Origin: Fistulifera solaris
Taxonomy: Eukaryota
DNA: 64,000 nucleotides
Assembly: GCA_030295235.1 (NCBI GenBank)
Contig: AP026123.1
Coordinates: 806,001-870,000, forward strand
Direction of reading: 5' to 3'
The position numbers and the translations under genes are program-made. This document shows positions 11,861 to 24,312 of this stretch, piece by piece. The notes below the pieces were generated by a model. The model saw nothing but the letters and a program-made list of their open reading frames with translations. It was not told the origin of the DNA and did not search any database. Each line of letters starts with the position of its first letter. Positions within the stretch are counted from its first letter, which is position 1.

Positions 11861-12647
11861 TTCGAGTCAAGATATTCACGTAGGCCCCCGTAAGGAAATT
11901 AGTTATCGACAGAGGGAAACCGGATATTGTCCAATTTGACACCACCCAGTTTTCGCGCATGTTTTACTGTAATGTCAAATTAACTGAACTAACAGAGCCC
12001 GTTCACATTAGTCAACGATGATTACAATCAGCTTTACATCGAAAAGTAGAAGAAGAGCGAAGAGACACTGCTTCGAATGTCTACATGACATTTACGTAGC
12101 ACTCTTAGGATTTTTATCGATGAAGGTAGCATTTGGAACTGATCAAGTTCGACCTCAATAAAATTCGGGTCCGACAGCAACAAACTTCATCGCAACATTC
12201 CTCAACATTCATGCATGAAGTTCTTTTACAGGAATCGACATTGATCAAGGAACATCTAACATGAAAAAAGACAGCAGAGGCAAGGTCGCGAATGTCTACA
12301 AGAAACTAAACACAGCACATCAGAATGTCCGTCAGCTGCACGATCTATTATGGTCCAAACTGTTAGCTCAACTTATTCACGACTAACTGTACTTCAGTCA
12401 TGAGTTTGACCCATGCAAATAAATGCCGTTCATTCGCATCGCACAGCAAGGCGTAATAATAAACGACAAGCAACATCAAAATACTTCATTGATCTTCCAC
12501 TTTTTGCTACTTTGTATTCATCTTGGGCTTTGCTAGTCGAGGATTCAGTACTATAGCGCAAAATTCTCCATCGGATAACGGATCGATCGATGATGCACAT
12601 CACATTTACCGTGAGAAAAAAACTTCACAAGCTTGACATTTCCAAAA

Positions 12648-14429
12648 ATGCAAATAAAAACTTGTTTTCAAACACAATTTAACCAGAGAAACGCTCGTTT
12701 CTTTTCGAGTTGGAAAGTTGATCCGTGGTCCGGTGAAGTAAGGCCGTCGAAAGGAGGGCCTGTCTACCAGGTGATTGTGGGCTTGGAGATCCATGCGCAA
12801 CTCAATATTCGCGACAAGCTGTTTTCACCGGCTATATCGTCCGGTATGTACGGTCAATCTTCTTCTATTTATCCATTTGACGTAGCTGTGCCTGGAAAGC
12901 TACCACTTTTGTCGGCCGAGGCGGTGCAGAAGGCAGTGCTCGTCGCGGCCGCGTTGCAATGCGACATTCATACTGTTTCTCGCTTTGAACGAAAGCACTA
13001 CACCTATGCCGATTTACCGCACTCTTATCAAATAACACAACAACGCTGGCCTTTGGCTGAGAATGGACTGCTGGAATGCTCTTATATGTCGACCCCAAAA
13101 AACAAACTGAAAGACGGCAAGGTTGCTGCTCGAAAGACTGATAGCAAGCAACCAATTCGCTGTCGAATACAACGCGTCCAACTAGAACAGGATACCGGGA
13201 AAACAACATCTACTACGAGGAGTCAAGTATGTACAAATGACTCTACCGAAAATGATCTTTGTGCCACAACAATCAAAACGATTTACTCTCTTGTCGACTT
13301 TTCGCGTGCCGGTTGCGCATTGGTCGAGATCGTTACAGCTCCCGATTTGAGATCCAGCTTACAGGCGGCTTCGGTGGTACACAGCTTACGGCATCTTTTG
13401 CGTTTTACGGGGACCTGTCTCGGTCGTATGGAAGATGGTAACTTGCGCGTGGATTGCAATGTGAATTTACAGAATGAGGAACATTTGAGAACGCCCAGAA
13501 TCGAAATAAAAAACTTGAATTCGATTCAACAAGTACGAGATGCGATCGAGTTTGAGGCTGTTCGACAGGCTGAAAACTTTGAGAAGCTAGTGGATGGAGT
13601 GGAAGAGACGCGCACGTGGGACGTTTTGAAACGAAAGACAACTCTTATTCGAACCAAGGATCAGGCTATTGACTATCGATTTCTTCCTGAACCTGACCTC
13701 CCTCCACTTGTGTTGAATGAAAATGTATTAGGTGCTCCGACGATCGACCTCTTCTTGTTGCACCATCTTCCAGAGTTGCCTGCTGTGGCTGAACAGCGCC
13801 TGCGGTCCACTTATCAGCTAGGTGAATATCATGCGCATGTAATCGCCAGAGACCCAGCTGCCATTCGACTCTTTGAAGACGCCATGTGCTTTGTAAACAA
13901 TAGTTCCCTCGACACGCAAACACCATTGGCATCAAAAACGACCGCCAATCTGTTATGCAACGACCTTTTTTCACTGGTGAAGAAAGCAGCGGATGGCCAG
14001 GCACATGCAACTATCTTGGACGACGATGACGAGGTCGTATCCATGTCACATGCGAAAATTAATGGATCCCAGCTAGGCGAAATCGCTACGATGATTTTGC
14101 AAGAACGAATATCTTCGACGATGGCGAAGAAATTGCTTGCGTTGCTTTTCACCGACGAATACGCCGACAGAAATCCCAGCGATCTTGCTCACAATCAAGG
14201 ATTCCGGTTAGTTACTGACCAGGAAGAGCTGCGAGAGTTATGTAGGGCAATTTTGCGTGACCATCCAGAGGAGGTTGCGGTGTACAAGCGGGGCGGAAAG
14301 TTCATTCAAAAGATGAACAAACTTTTTACCGGAAAAGCCATGTTATTGAGCAACGGCAATGCACATCCTGAACGATTACAAGATGCACTAAGCGATGTCT
14401 TGGATGATGTAGCCCCTGGTATTAAGTAA
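12648..14429 (+). CDS. gatB: Asp/Glu-tRNA amidotransferase subunit B, organellar (probably mitochondrial)
   Basis: VIVGLEIHAQL, SRFERKHYTYADLPHSYQITQ, QLEQDTGK, GRMEDGNLRVDCNVN, EIKNLNS, DYRFLPEPDLPP, and a C-terminal YqeY-like region. The N-terminus is R/F/S-rich and presequence-like. Confidence 0.95.
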   Translation: MQIKTCFQTQFNQRNARFFSSWKVDPWSGEVRPSKGGPVYQVIVGLEIHAQLNIRDKLFSPAISSGMYGQSSSIYPFDVAVPGKLPLLSAEAVQKAVLVAAALQCDIHTVSRFERKHYTYADLPHSYQITQQRWPLAENGLLECSYMSTPKNKLKDGKVAARKTDSKQPIRCRIQRVQLEQDTGKTTSTTRSQVCTNDSTENDLCATTIKTIYSLVDFSRAGCALVEIVTAPDLRSSLQAASVVHSLRHLLRFTGTCLGRMEDGNLRVDCNVNLQNEEHLRTPRIEIKNLNSIQQVRDAIEFEAVRQAENFEKLVDGVEETRTWDVLKRKTTLIRTKDQAIDYRFLPEPDLPPLVLNENVLGAPTIDLFLLHHLPELPAVAEQRLRSTYQLGEYHAHVIARDPAAIRLFEDAMCFVNNSSLDTQTPLASKTTANLLCNDLFSLVKKAADGQAHATILDDDDEVVSMSHAKINGSQLGEIATMILQERISSTMAKKLLALLFTDEYADRNPSDLAHNQGFRLVTDQEELRELCRAILRDHPEEVAVYKRGGKFIQKMNKLFTGKAMLLSNGNAHPERLQDALSDVLDDVAPGIK

Positions 14430-14457
14430 ACAGTGTTTTATCGATGCGCTGCATCCT

Positions 14458-15198
14458 TCAATCGATTTCGCCTAGTTCTTTTAGTTTACGCAAGGCAAGG
14501 AGACACGCCCAAGAGCCGACCACAGTCATATGGCCGCCATCGATCCATGTCAACAGTTGACTGATCGGTACATTCGATAGTATCTGCATGCCTTCTTCCA
14601 GTTCATCTCGAGATCTAGCATTCGCGCATTCAACAGGAGTAGGATCGATAACGAGATAGACCGACAAACGGGTCGTTGAATACTTGTCCATCAGAATATT
14701 GGCCACCAGCGATTGCCATTTGCCACCTTTCAATCGACACTCTTCTTCTAGCTCAAACTGCGCCGCTACTAAAATAGGATCCTCGTCGTCATTCGAATGT
14801 TTATCATCCACCATGCCAGCCGCCAATCCTATCTTCATTCCGTCGGAAGCGGGCATGAATTCTCGTACCAGTGTGGTTGTCTTGGTTGCTGAGTTCCAAA
14901 CGAAAATTAGCACAGCCTGATCGGTACCATTCTGCGTGACAATTTCGAAATCAGCATTCGCTCCACTCGGAAATCGGACGCGCCGATTCCATAGACTTCG
15001 CCATTTTCCTTTGAACAGGACAGTGTCCGATAATTTGTGATAAAGTACCGTTTGAGGCTCATTGTCGACCGCACCTCCTCGATAGACGAGCGAAGGTTTT
15101 GTCACTTGTTTGGTTTTTCTTCGACTCCATCCGAAGGATCGTACTCCTGGAACAAAGATGAAGCTCAGAAACACGATGAGGGAGCGAAAATATAACAT
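14458..15198 (-). CDS. NUDIX hydrolase with signal peptide / probable bipartite targeting sequence
   Basis: MLYFRSLIVFLSFIFVPGVRSF signal peptide. LVREF...GLAAGMVD...AAQFELEEECRL is a Nudix box variant of the ADP-ribose pyrophosphatase type. Confidence 0.8.
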   Translation of the reverse strand: MLYFRSLIVFLSFIFVPGVRSFGWSRRKTKQVTKPSLVYRGGAVDNEPQTVLYHKLSDTVLFKGKWRSLWNRRVRFPSGANADFEIVTQNGTDQAVLIFVWNSATKTTTLVREFMPASDGMKIGLAAGMVDDKHSNDDEDPILVAAQFELEEECRLKGGKWQSLVANILMDKYSTTRLSVYLVIDPTPVECANARSRDELEEGMQILSNVPISQLLTWIDGGHMTVVGSWACLLALRKLKELGEID

Positions 15199-15404
15199 TC
15201 GCTGCGTTTTAACCTCCTTGGATGAGTGATACAATCGGCTTCCGTTATTTCAATAGTGTTCAAACGCTTTCTGTTGAAAGCAATCCTTGCGATCCTTGGA
15301 TGAAGATATTTGACGTACTTTTTGACGCTTCGTGCAATTTTTCGTTGTACAATGAAATCGATCTTCATGTACCTGGTAGATGGACAAAAGATGAACTCAA
15401 TCTT

Positions 15405-15560
15405 TTGCTGCACTTTTGCTGCTCTATTGCTGCTCTATTGCTGCACTATTGATTCACTATTGATTCACTATCGCTGCACTATTGCTGCACTATTGATGCA
15501 CTATTGCTGAGCTATTGCCTATTGCTGATCTATTGCTGCTTTATTGGTGACCTATTGATT
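15405..15560. repeat. 11-bp minisatellite (CTATTGCTGCA)n, ~13 degenerate units
   Basis: Directly visible: ctattgctgct ctattgctgca ctattgattca ctattgattca ctatcgctgca ctattgctgca ctattgatgca... Confidence 0.9.
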
Positions 15561-16115
15561 AGTAGTAACAGTGGTACCTATTAGGGACAAGGATTTCGAA
15601 CGGCGCGCCAAGATGCACGCACGCGCAACGGTGGACGCTTATTTAGAGGAGAAACGTGGCACACGTGACGGAGAATCAAGCTCACTTAACGAAATCAACT
15701 CTTCAACGGATGGCATAATAGAAAGACTTATGTGACTGTTGTCCGTTGCTCATTGGTCCTCCTGTAATTCGATCGAGCCGCTCCTTCGAAAACGCGCGCT
15801 TGCACGACTCTTTCGTTCGAGCCGAATAACAAACACACTTTGTGACACTATAATGAGCGTGAATAGACTACAACAACACAGAACAGAACAAAAGGCAAAG
15901 AAAAGCCGATCACTCGCTCGACAATTGTTATATTCAGTCTGAAGATGCGCCATCACTGCACTGGGGTGAATGAGAATTCGATGAGGAAAGAAAATAAAAG
16001 TCATTTTACAACATTGCAACACAATCAGGGACGAGAGAGTTGTTGTCGCCCTTTACATCTGAAACGACCTCGAGGTGACAGGCAATGCAGTGAAATAGAT
16101 CATTGTTCGCCGTGC

Positions 16116-18866
16116 ATGACGCTGTTTACCGGCACAAAATCAACTATGATGCATATAGTCTTTTCATCGCGCTGGTGATGGCAGATGCGTCGAATGTTCC
16201 GATACACAAAGTCTTTATTCACAAATCACAAAACAGATTCCGGACTCTTTTGACGTCCCTGAGATTGCTGCAGGAGCAACAGGAACCATGGACGAACCCG
16301 GACGAAATAGATGTCACGCCGGCACCTTTTGCTAGGAAAAGTCCGACAAGACAACCAGTAATGCAACCAATCATACCGCCGCCGAGCAATCCTCCAACGT
16401 CAAAGCCGTTTCCTATTCCGACACCCATCATTATATTTACACCACAGCCAACAATGCCTCCTTCCAGTGCCCCCTCTGTAAAAATCACCGAATCTCCGTC
16501 GCAAAGACCTACGATACGTCCTTCTCAGAGCCCCGTGGCAGCACCGTCACAAGCGCCGACTTTGTTTCCTTCCCACGTCCCTTCCCAAGAACCATTGAGT
16601 GTTTCACCTAGCATCCATCCCACCGATCGTATGACAACCGGATCCGAGTCGGAAGAAGGAGAAAATCCCAGTTTGACGACCGTTTCGTTACCCATGACGT
16701 TCAAAGCGCGTCTCGAGGGCGTCCGAGAAAGTGATATCGATGAATTGCTACCACGCGTGGCTACCGTTTGGAGAACATTTATCCGAGAAGCCGTGGAAGA
16801 CGAGTTTGGTCCATCTTCGTTTTCCTCACTGGAGTTGGCAGTCACGGCCGAACGCCGCCGGCTGCGAGTACTGCAAACGGACGGCGTCGTCGACTTTTTG
16901 AATATTGCGGCGCGGGGTCAACTCGTTATGCGATTTGATGACGAAGAAGCCGATACCAAACGACAAGAGGTTCGGTCCTTTTGGACGAAACAATATCACG
17001 GGAGAATCTGCAAAACGCTTTGACGAGTTCTGATACCAATTTCGAAGTGACGGTCGATGGTGAAAATGAGAGCCAGCAGGTCGTTGACGAGAAACCGAAA
17101 TTATGGGAAATCATTCTGGGATTCTCTATATTAGCCATCGCGCTAGGTACACTTGTCTTCTGGGCAATGTTTTTCTGGAGGAAGCGACAGAAGAAATTAC
17201 GAAAGAAGAAATTGGCCGCCATTCGTAGCGCTCCCATGAGTGTCAACGACATGGGGTCATCCGTTGCGCAACCTCCGATGCCCCCGGCGAAATACCAAAC
17301 CTTTGCCCCTGTGACGGTACGACCTCTCGCCGAAGGTCCGCGTCAGAATATTCTGGCACGCAATGACACCAATTTAGATAGCTTCATTAAAAGGGCGCTT
17401 ACTGACAAAGAGAGCGACGATGACGCGGCAAACAGAGGACCAAGTAGTGATGAATCGGATACTGGGTCTGAGTTCGGACGCCAGCTTCGCATGGCGGCAT
17501 CGTTGGACAAAGCGTCATGGGAAGAATTTCAGAGACAGAAGCAGGCATTGGAGCGCGTTTCTCGCTCCGGGATATCATCGGGTGGTGAGCATGACGGCAC
17601 ATCTGATCGGTATAATCTTGGAGGCGAAGGCGAACAACAAGGGATTGAAGTGGAGCATAATGGGATACATCCAACTGTTACTTATGCTGGAGATGAGAAG
17701 AGAATGCAATCTTCACGGAGCAAAGGTTCCAGCAGCAAGGCAGACAGGTATGGGACGCAGGACCATGGTGACTCGGAGCCCTATGGTGACGCTGAAGGAT
17801 ATTGCATCGGCTACATTTCCAGATAAAGCTCGGTATTTGTTCTCAAGTCAAAATCTCAACGACCCTGACTCCTCGGATGACCAATCGGAGACCTCGTTCC
17901 GGGTATCGCCAACTGATTCTTCTTGGAGTGGCGGAGATTTAACTGATATGGACGAACCTCTCGCCACTTTGTCCATGCTAAAGGAAGTCGAAGAACTGTC
18001 TCAATATGTTCAACAATATGAGCAGAAACGAGAATCACGTAAAATGCGTGAGCTTGAACTGAAACAGCGCGAGTTTCATAACAAGCAGCGACTACAGTTG
18101 TCCATGTCCGCAAGCTCGCCAGACAGAGAGGAGCGGCAACTTTATGAGCGAGGAACACGTAGTATGTATTCTGAACGAATCCTCGATGCGCATACTGTAC
18201 GACGATCCCAGTCAAGTCCTTCAAAACAAGGTGGTCTGACCTACCAAGCTGGAACGGATTACCCTGGAGACCGCCCGCGAGAAGCTTACGCGATCCCTCA
18301 GCGGTCAGTTCTCCCGTCCAGTTTTGAAAGTTTTCATAGTACAGATCTGTCTGACGGAGAAGATGATGTATCACAACGTTTGGGGATCACACCTCAATAC
18401 CCTCTCGTGTCCGACAACAACAGCAATAGAAAAAGTAGCCGCGACGCCAAAGCAGAGAGGCCTCTAGAAGACGAAAAGCTGAGCCAAGGCGCACGGAGAG
18501 GCGACGTGGAAGGACTACCACAGCAGAGCGGATCCCATGCTTCAGTGTATCATGCATCAAGCGGAACAACTTCCCAAGAGCCAAAACCATTCGCTCAAAG
18601 CCTTCGTGCGCAAAGTCAAGGTGAAGATCCCAATAGCCACGAGTATCATCAAAATGACGCTAAGCGACTAGTGCGGTCTGTAACGTTGCCTTCGCGAACA
18701 GCACAAGGAAAAATAACTAATATCGTAACGATGTTTGAAAGCAAGCCGCACACTGCAGTTGTGCCCCCAAGTCCGACGGTAAGTAGCCAGTGACGCGGCG
18801 GTTTTGAATGTTACTTTCAGGCTGATCAAACCTCCATGACTTATTTAGTGGCAATACGAAAATTGA
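16116..18866 (+). CDS. Single-pass type I membrane protein with Pro/Ser/Thr-rich (PSxxP) ectodomain and long disordered cytoplasmic tail
   Basis: Hydrophobic N-terminus, PT/PS repeats (16330-16630), then TM helix LWEIILGFSILAIALGTLVFWAMFFW followed by RKRQKKLRKKK. ORFs 16103, 16981 and 17420 are joined by frameshifts. Terminal intron 18779-18848 gives ...PPSPT|WQYEN*. Start uncertain. Confidence 0.65.
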
Positions 18867-19766
18867 TTGCGATAGCCTTGAAAATGCTATCTAAAATTGA
18901 ACTTTGATGATCAGCTTCAGTTGCTGTTGAAACGCATTAGACTAAGATTGATATTGAACATCCTGCAACAAACTTTACCTATCTTCTTCATCTCCGACAC
19001 ATGTTCGGACCTAAGTATAAGGATGGTCTAAACGATGGCTGCTCTAGCCGTTTATGTTACTGGAATTTCAAAAGCATCATGTTTTTTTATAAATACATTC
19101 CTTCAGTAGCTACATTTATGCAAGCTTTTCTCTATGAATTTTTATTCCCTTCGGTCTGATACACTCATGAACCCATGGATAATAATGTGTCCACTAATCA
19201 AGCCCGAATTTTCTGTCCTTTCTTTATCCTGGGTTGCCGTTCTTACAGGACAAGGACCTTCAGTAATCTGAATATGAGCAATACATGGCTTCATTTTTTT
19301 ACGTCGAAGAGCTTTCCCGATTCCCGATCGTTATCTTCCTCATCTAGATGGTCCCTACCCATTACCCACGACTGAATTTCAGTTCATGAATCATTCTTTC
19401 AAGCTGGGCTGTTACCCCCTCTTTAAAAATTTGATAAGTTCAGGTGTCGTTGCTTCAATGCTATCTCAATTAATTTTATTTGATGTACGCGGCTCGCTTC
19501 CTTAAGCCGAATATCCGTGCGGTTTGGTGTCTCCTAACTTTTACTATGGCCCAATGTGTAGACGACATTCCGCACAAGTGTAAAGATTGAAATTCAGTCA
19601 TGAGACGCGTTTTTTTCTCTTGAATGCGTAATAGAAAAAGCGCGGCCAATGCATCAAAAGTTTTCATTGATCATTGACACTAAAAACCAACAAACATCAA
19701 GCCCGAAGCTCCAAAGCAAGCTTTCGTAAACTTTTGTACATCTGCTGAACAACTCGACTTACAGCT

Positions 19767-20849
19767 ATGGAAGGGAATTCAACCGAACAAAAGGAGACGA
19801 CCACGTGTCTCCCACCAACGACGAGCTCTATTGCGACGTATCCGAGTACGTCGGGATCGAGACTGACGGGTCCTGCGATTGAATTTCATGAAGAATGCTT
19901 TCAAATTGGTAGCCGCGTGGTGACAATCGGCAAGGCTGAAGCAATGAATCCGGCATGGAGGGCCACCATGGAAGACGTTTCTGTCATTCACGCACCCGGC
20001 ACTTGGGAGGCACCGGATGCCGACTTGGCTTTCTTCGGTCTTTATGACGGACACGGAGGTGCGTTTTATCAATGCTACGTCCTTTTCAAATTGAGTCGAT
20101 TTTGTCTTACGCTTTACAGGCCGCGAGATCGTGAACTTTTTGGAGCACGGCCTTTCGTTTCATGTTGCTCAAGAATTGGCGTTTGAAGATGATAGCGACA
20201 TTCAAACCCGTCTTCAACGAGCTTTCCTTATGACCGATATACACGCGAGACGTGCCGGAGTCTTAACTTCAGGAGCTACTGTTGCTACCTGCCTGGTGAA
20301 GGTACGTTGAAAAGCAGTTTGGCTATGTTTCCACACATCTAATGTAACGGCGCACAGAGTCAAAGTCAAACACCGAATCGAGTTGAAATCGTGGCTGCCA
20401 ATGCCGGAGATTCTCGGGTTGTTCTTTTTCATGAAGGGGTAGTCACAAGACTAACGGAAGATCATCGTGCTTCGGATCTCTCTGAAGTAGCACGCATTGA
20501 ACAAGCTGGGGGATTTTTGTTCCGTGAAAGAGTGCTCGGCATATTATCGCTCACTCGCAGTATCGGGGATCACTTGCTCAAGCGGTTCGTAATTGGACAC
20601 CCGAGTGTCATGTCGGCAACTCTGGACCTCTCCTCAAATAAAGAAAACGAAAGAACCTTGCTTATATTGGCTTGCGATGGTGTTTTTGACGTCTTGAGCG
20701 ACGAGCAAGCCGTGGCGGTCGTACGAGAAAATGCTTCCAAAGGGGCTGGGGCTGCTCGTTGTCTCGTAGAAGAGGCTCTGAAGAAAGGTTCGACCGATAA
20801 CGTGAGCGCTATTGTGATTTGGCTTGATAATAAAGATGAAAAACGATAG
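19767..20849 (+). CDS. Protein phosphatase 2C (PPM family)
   Basis: RATMED, FFGLYDGHGG, SGATV, ANAGDSR, LTRSIGD, LACDGVFD, GSTDNVS. Introns 20059-20119 and 20302-20357. Confidence 0.93.
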
Positions 20850-21401
20850 TAAAGCACAACAAAAACTATTCTACTTTAAAGTCGCTATTGACCATTGACC
20901 ATAGCCACACAAGCGTTGACGGTACGACGAAGGCTTATTATCTCGTATTAAGTACATATGCGACGTATTTAGTGTTGTCAACTGTTTTTGTTGATACAAT
21001 CGAGACATGAGTTCTCTTATCTATAGATAGTGAAAAATATCTTTCCGGTATCTCTTTCTTCTCTATGAGTTAGACTGGCTAAATTCTTATCCTCCGACCC
21101 AAGACCATTTTGTACTAAAAGAGCCACTGCCAAATGAAGTGACCCATCGCCCACACAAAGCTTCACTGTCGCGTTGAGATCAAAGCAACAACAGTTTGGT
21201 GTTTTGTCATCGCAATAGAGAGCTTGTATTTCATTGAAAGGTCGATGGAATGAAAAATTGCTTTCTGTTTTTGTCTAGTCACATCGTATTCGAAAACCGC
21301 TAACATAGAGCTCTCGAGAGAATCATTTTTCGCTTGCGAAATAGCCCAATAAATCCTGAAACCGGTGCAGTGACTTCATTGTTTTACCGACATTAAGCAA
21401 C

Positions 21402-22320
21402 ATGGCGTACTTTTCGGGTGACGAATCCGTCCGTTATGGCGATACAGATGATGATGAAGAAGCTGCAACCCTTGATATAGAGCAAACAAAAAGAGAGTTA
21501 CGGCGAATGTCACTAGATCTGAATGCAATGGGTGCCAGGAGATACGGCGTAAATAATGTGGAAATCTCTCCCCGCGAGGAAAAGCCAAAATCTATATTGA
21601 AAAACACACGAGGTCTGATAGAATCGGATGACGATACCATCATCGAAGAAGAAGTGGACGATCTGGATGTGACCGAGATCATAGAAGAGGATGAAGAAAT
21701 ACTGGAAGAAGTCATAGAGGAGGTTGTTGACACCTCGGAAGTGATCGAAGAGATTGCAGATGAATATGAAGATGACGAGTTGCAACCTGACACAATTATA
21801 GAAGGAGACGAGGACGACGAAATTGAGGGAGGAGGAAGAGGACGAGGCGACGGAGGAGGAGGTTCGCGAGGCCATCATATACATTCTAAAACAAGAAAAA
21901 CCAATTGACAACGGCTACCTGACATCCGACCAGGCCACCCGAATGATGGCTCTTCCTTTCAAAGATATGAAAGAAATTATGAAACATTTTGAATTATGCG
22001 ACAATGCGGGAGAACCTATTCAATGGAGTGTAATTGCTGATATTGTAACGCCCGAAGACCACGGTGACGAAGAGGAAGATCTTGACGACGATGAGGATTG
22101 TAACGAATTTTGTCCAGTGCATGGTTACTCCTATTGTACAGAGTGTGAGGTTGGTTTAGAACCATCAACGAGTTCAGACGACGAGTCAGAGGGGGACGAG
22201 GTGGGAAGCCTTGGCTCTGGATTTGACTTACAAGTACCTGCTAAAGATAAAGTGGACGAGGGACACATCTCCGATATTTCAAAGCTGGATCTTACCGATT
22301 TCGACGAGGTATCCGATTGA
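21402..22320 (+). CDS. Highly acidic hypothetical protein with a small Cys/His cluster
   Basis: D/E-rich ORFs 21402 and 21823 joined by an apparent frameshift near 21825. Contains CNEFCPVHGYSYCTEC. Confidence 0.6.
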
Positions 22321-22413
22321 AAAACCTATTTATTCAATTTTCTTCAAATAAAACATAGTTATCGCATTTAACACAACATCGACTTATGAACACGGGAGGC
22401 CTTTTTCTGCCAT

Positions 22414-24312
22414 TTAGTTATGCAATGTTTGAATAGACAAGGCTACAAAAAGAGGATCATATTTGAGTCGGTAGGTATTTTTTGAATGGGAACAGTCCAG
22501 CACGCCCGCAGTCGTCGGCTTTCCTGCTTTCGTGGAGCGTCTTCGTACACTTAAGACGCTCCTCAATGTGATAGCCCCGCAATGAAGCTGCGGTATGGTT
22601 TGCAGCAACGCCTTTTCTTTGCCTTTTGCATTCTCCATCAAGGACAAACTGAGAGGATCGTCCAACAAGAGAGTAGCGATTGTTCGGCGCGCGCGGTGTT
22701 TTCGCATCAAATCATCCATGAAAGGATTGACAGTTAGTTCTTGAATGATTTTCCCTGTATGGTCCTTTCGAGGCGGATCGACAGATGACTGAAGACAGTT
22801 TTCGTCTATCTCTCGGAGTATGTCTTGTGTTGCAACGAAATTTCCACTGTTGCCCGTATGATCAAGGTGATGAAGACAAGACTTTATGTGCATACACAAT
22901 TTACGGTCGCTATCACTTGAAACCAAATTATCTTTCGGTCGTTGTTCTAATTCAATGCTGGCTGTACTTTCGATCAACGACATGTCTAAGAGAGCCGTTA
23001 GTATGAAGCAACGGAAACAAGGATGCGTGTTCTTAGGAGGTCGTACCTTCCCGACTCGATGTCAGGCCAGTGACCGAGTCGATTGGTAATACAGACTTCA
23101 CAAAGCTCTCATTACTGCTGGGCATAGATAATGAAAATGATGGCGCGGAAATCTCACAAGCAGTAGACAGGGACATGGGCACACTGTCACTGATTGGCTT
23201 CCCTTGTTTTGACGAAACTATCGCCTCGGCTTCTACTTCTCCGCAGTCAATGATCCGAAGCACTTCGATTGGTCGCTGAGTTTTACTGTCCGTTTCCAAT
23301 CGAGAAAGAGCCTCCACGACATCCATACCCTTGGTGACCCGGCCGAATACGACATGCTTTCCATTGAGATGTGGAAGGGGTCGCAAAGTTATGAAAAACT
23401 GAGACGAGTTTCGATTGGGACCATTGTTCGCCATGCTGAGTAGTCCTGGCGCATCGTGCCGTAAAAGGGAGTTTCATCTTCAAAGTTTCCCCACATATCC
23501 GTCTTTGGATGGGCCGGTGAAACTTTGGGATAAATAGACCGCCCACCCGTACCGTCGCCTTTCGTGTAGTCCCCCGCCTGAATACAAAAGTTCAATACGA
23601 TGCGATGAACAACACAGTTGCGATACGAAGCACCTGTTTCTCCCGTGCAGAGCGAACGAAAGTTTTCGGCCGCAAATGGGACCTTGTCTTGGAATAGCTC
23701 AAAGGTGACGCGACCACCCGTCGAAAACTCCATGAAGCATTGTGGGCCAGTGCCAGCGGCAGGTAAATAAGGATCCTTAGCATACTTGGCCTCGAGCTTC
23801 ATGAACATCTCGTCTTCTTTTCCGCGGTACTTTTGTAGTGTCTCATCTACAGTGGATAGCTTGGACGGGTTATACTTTTCATAGAAAGCAACCAAACGAT
23901 CTCTGAATTGATTATCTCTCGTCGAGGTTGCTGAAGAAGAGTCTGCTTTATTGCCCTGATCTTCATCAGAACTGTTCATTGCTGATGTTATCGCCAAAGC
24001 GTCTGCTTTACCTTCTTGAATAGCACAAAGAAGGTCCAAAGCTTGCTGCGCTTTCAGTATTTCGTTCCCCTCACTGGCTGGATATTCAACGAGCTTACTT
24101 TGCTGTGATTCTTTCCACAATCCTCGTTTGACTTTCAGCCACTCTAGTGAGCCCTTAGTTGGACTTGATTCTGCTGAACGAGGAGTTGTTTCCGCATCGT
24201 CTTTGGACATGGGGCTTTTCCGAGAAGAGGTCACCGACGGTGTGCGCACCTCAGTATTTGACTGCAGTGACGCGTCAGAGTCGTGCGTTCCGTTTGAATT
24301 ATTATTCATCAT
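22414..24312 (-). CDS. Multi-domain cyclophilin-type peptidyl-prolyl isomerase
   Basis: [69 protein letters not shown]. Frameshift near 23460. Intron 22986-23046 (GTACG...ACTAAC...TTAG) joins the 22414 ORF in frame. Confidence 0.85.
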
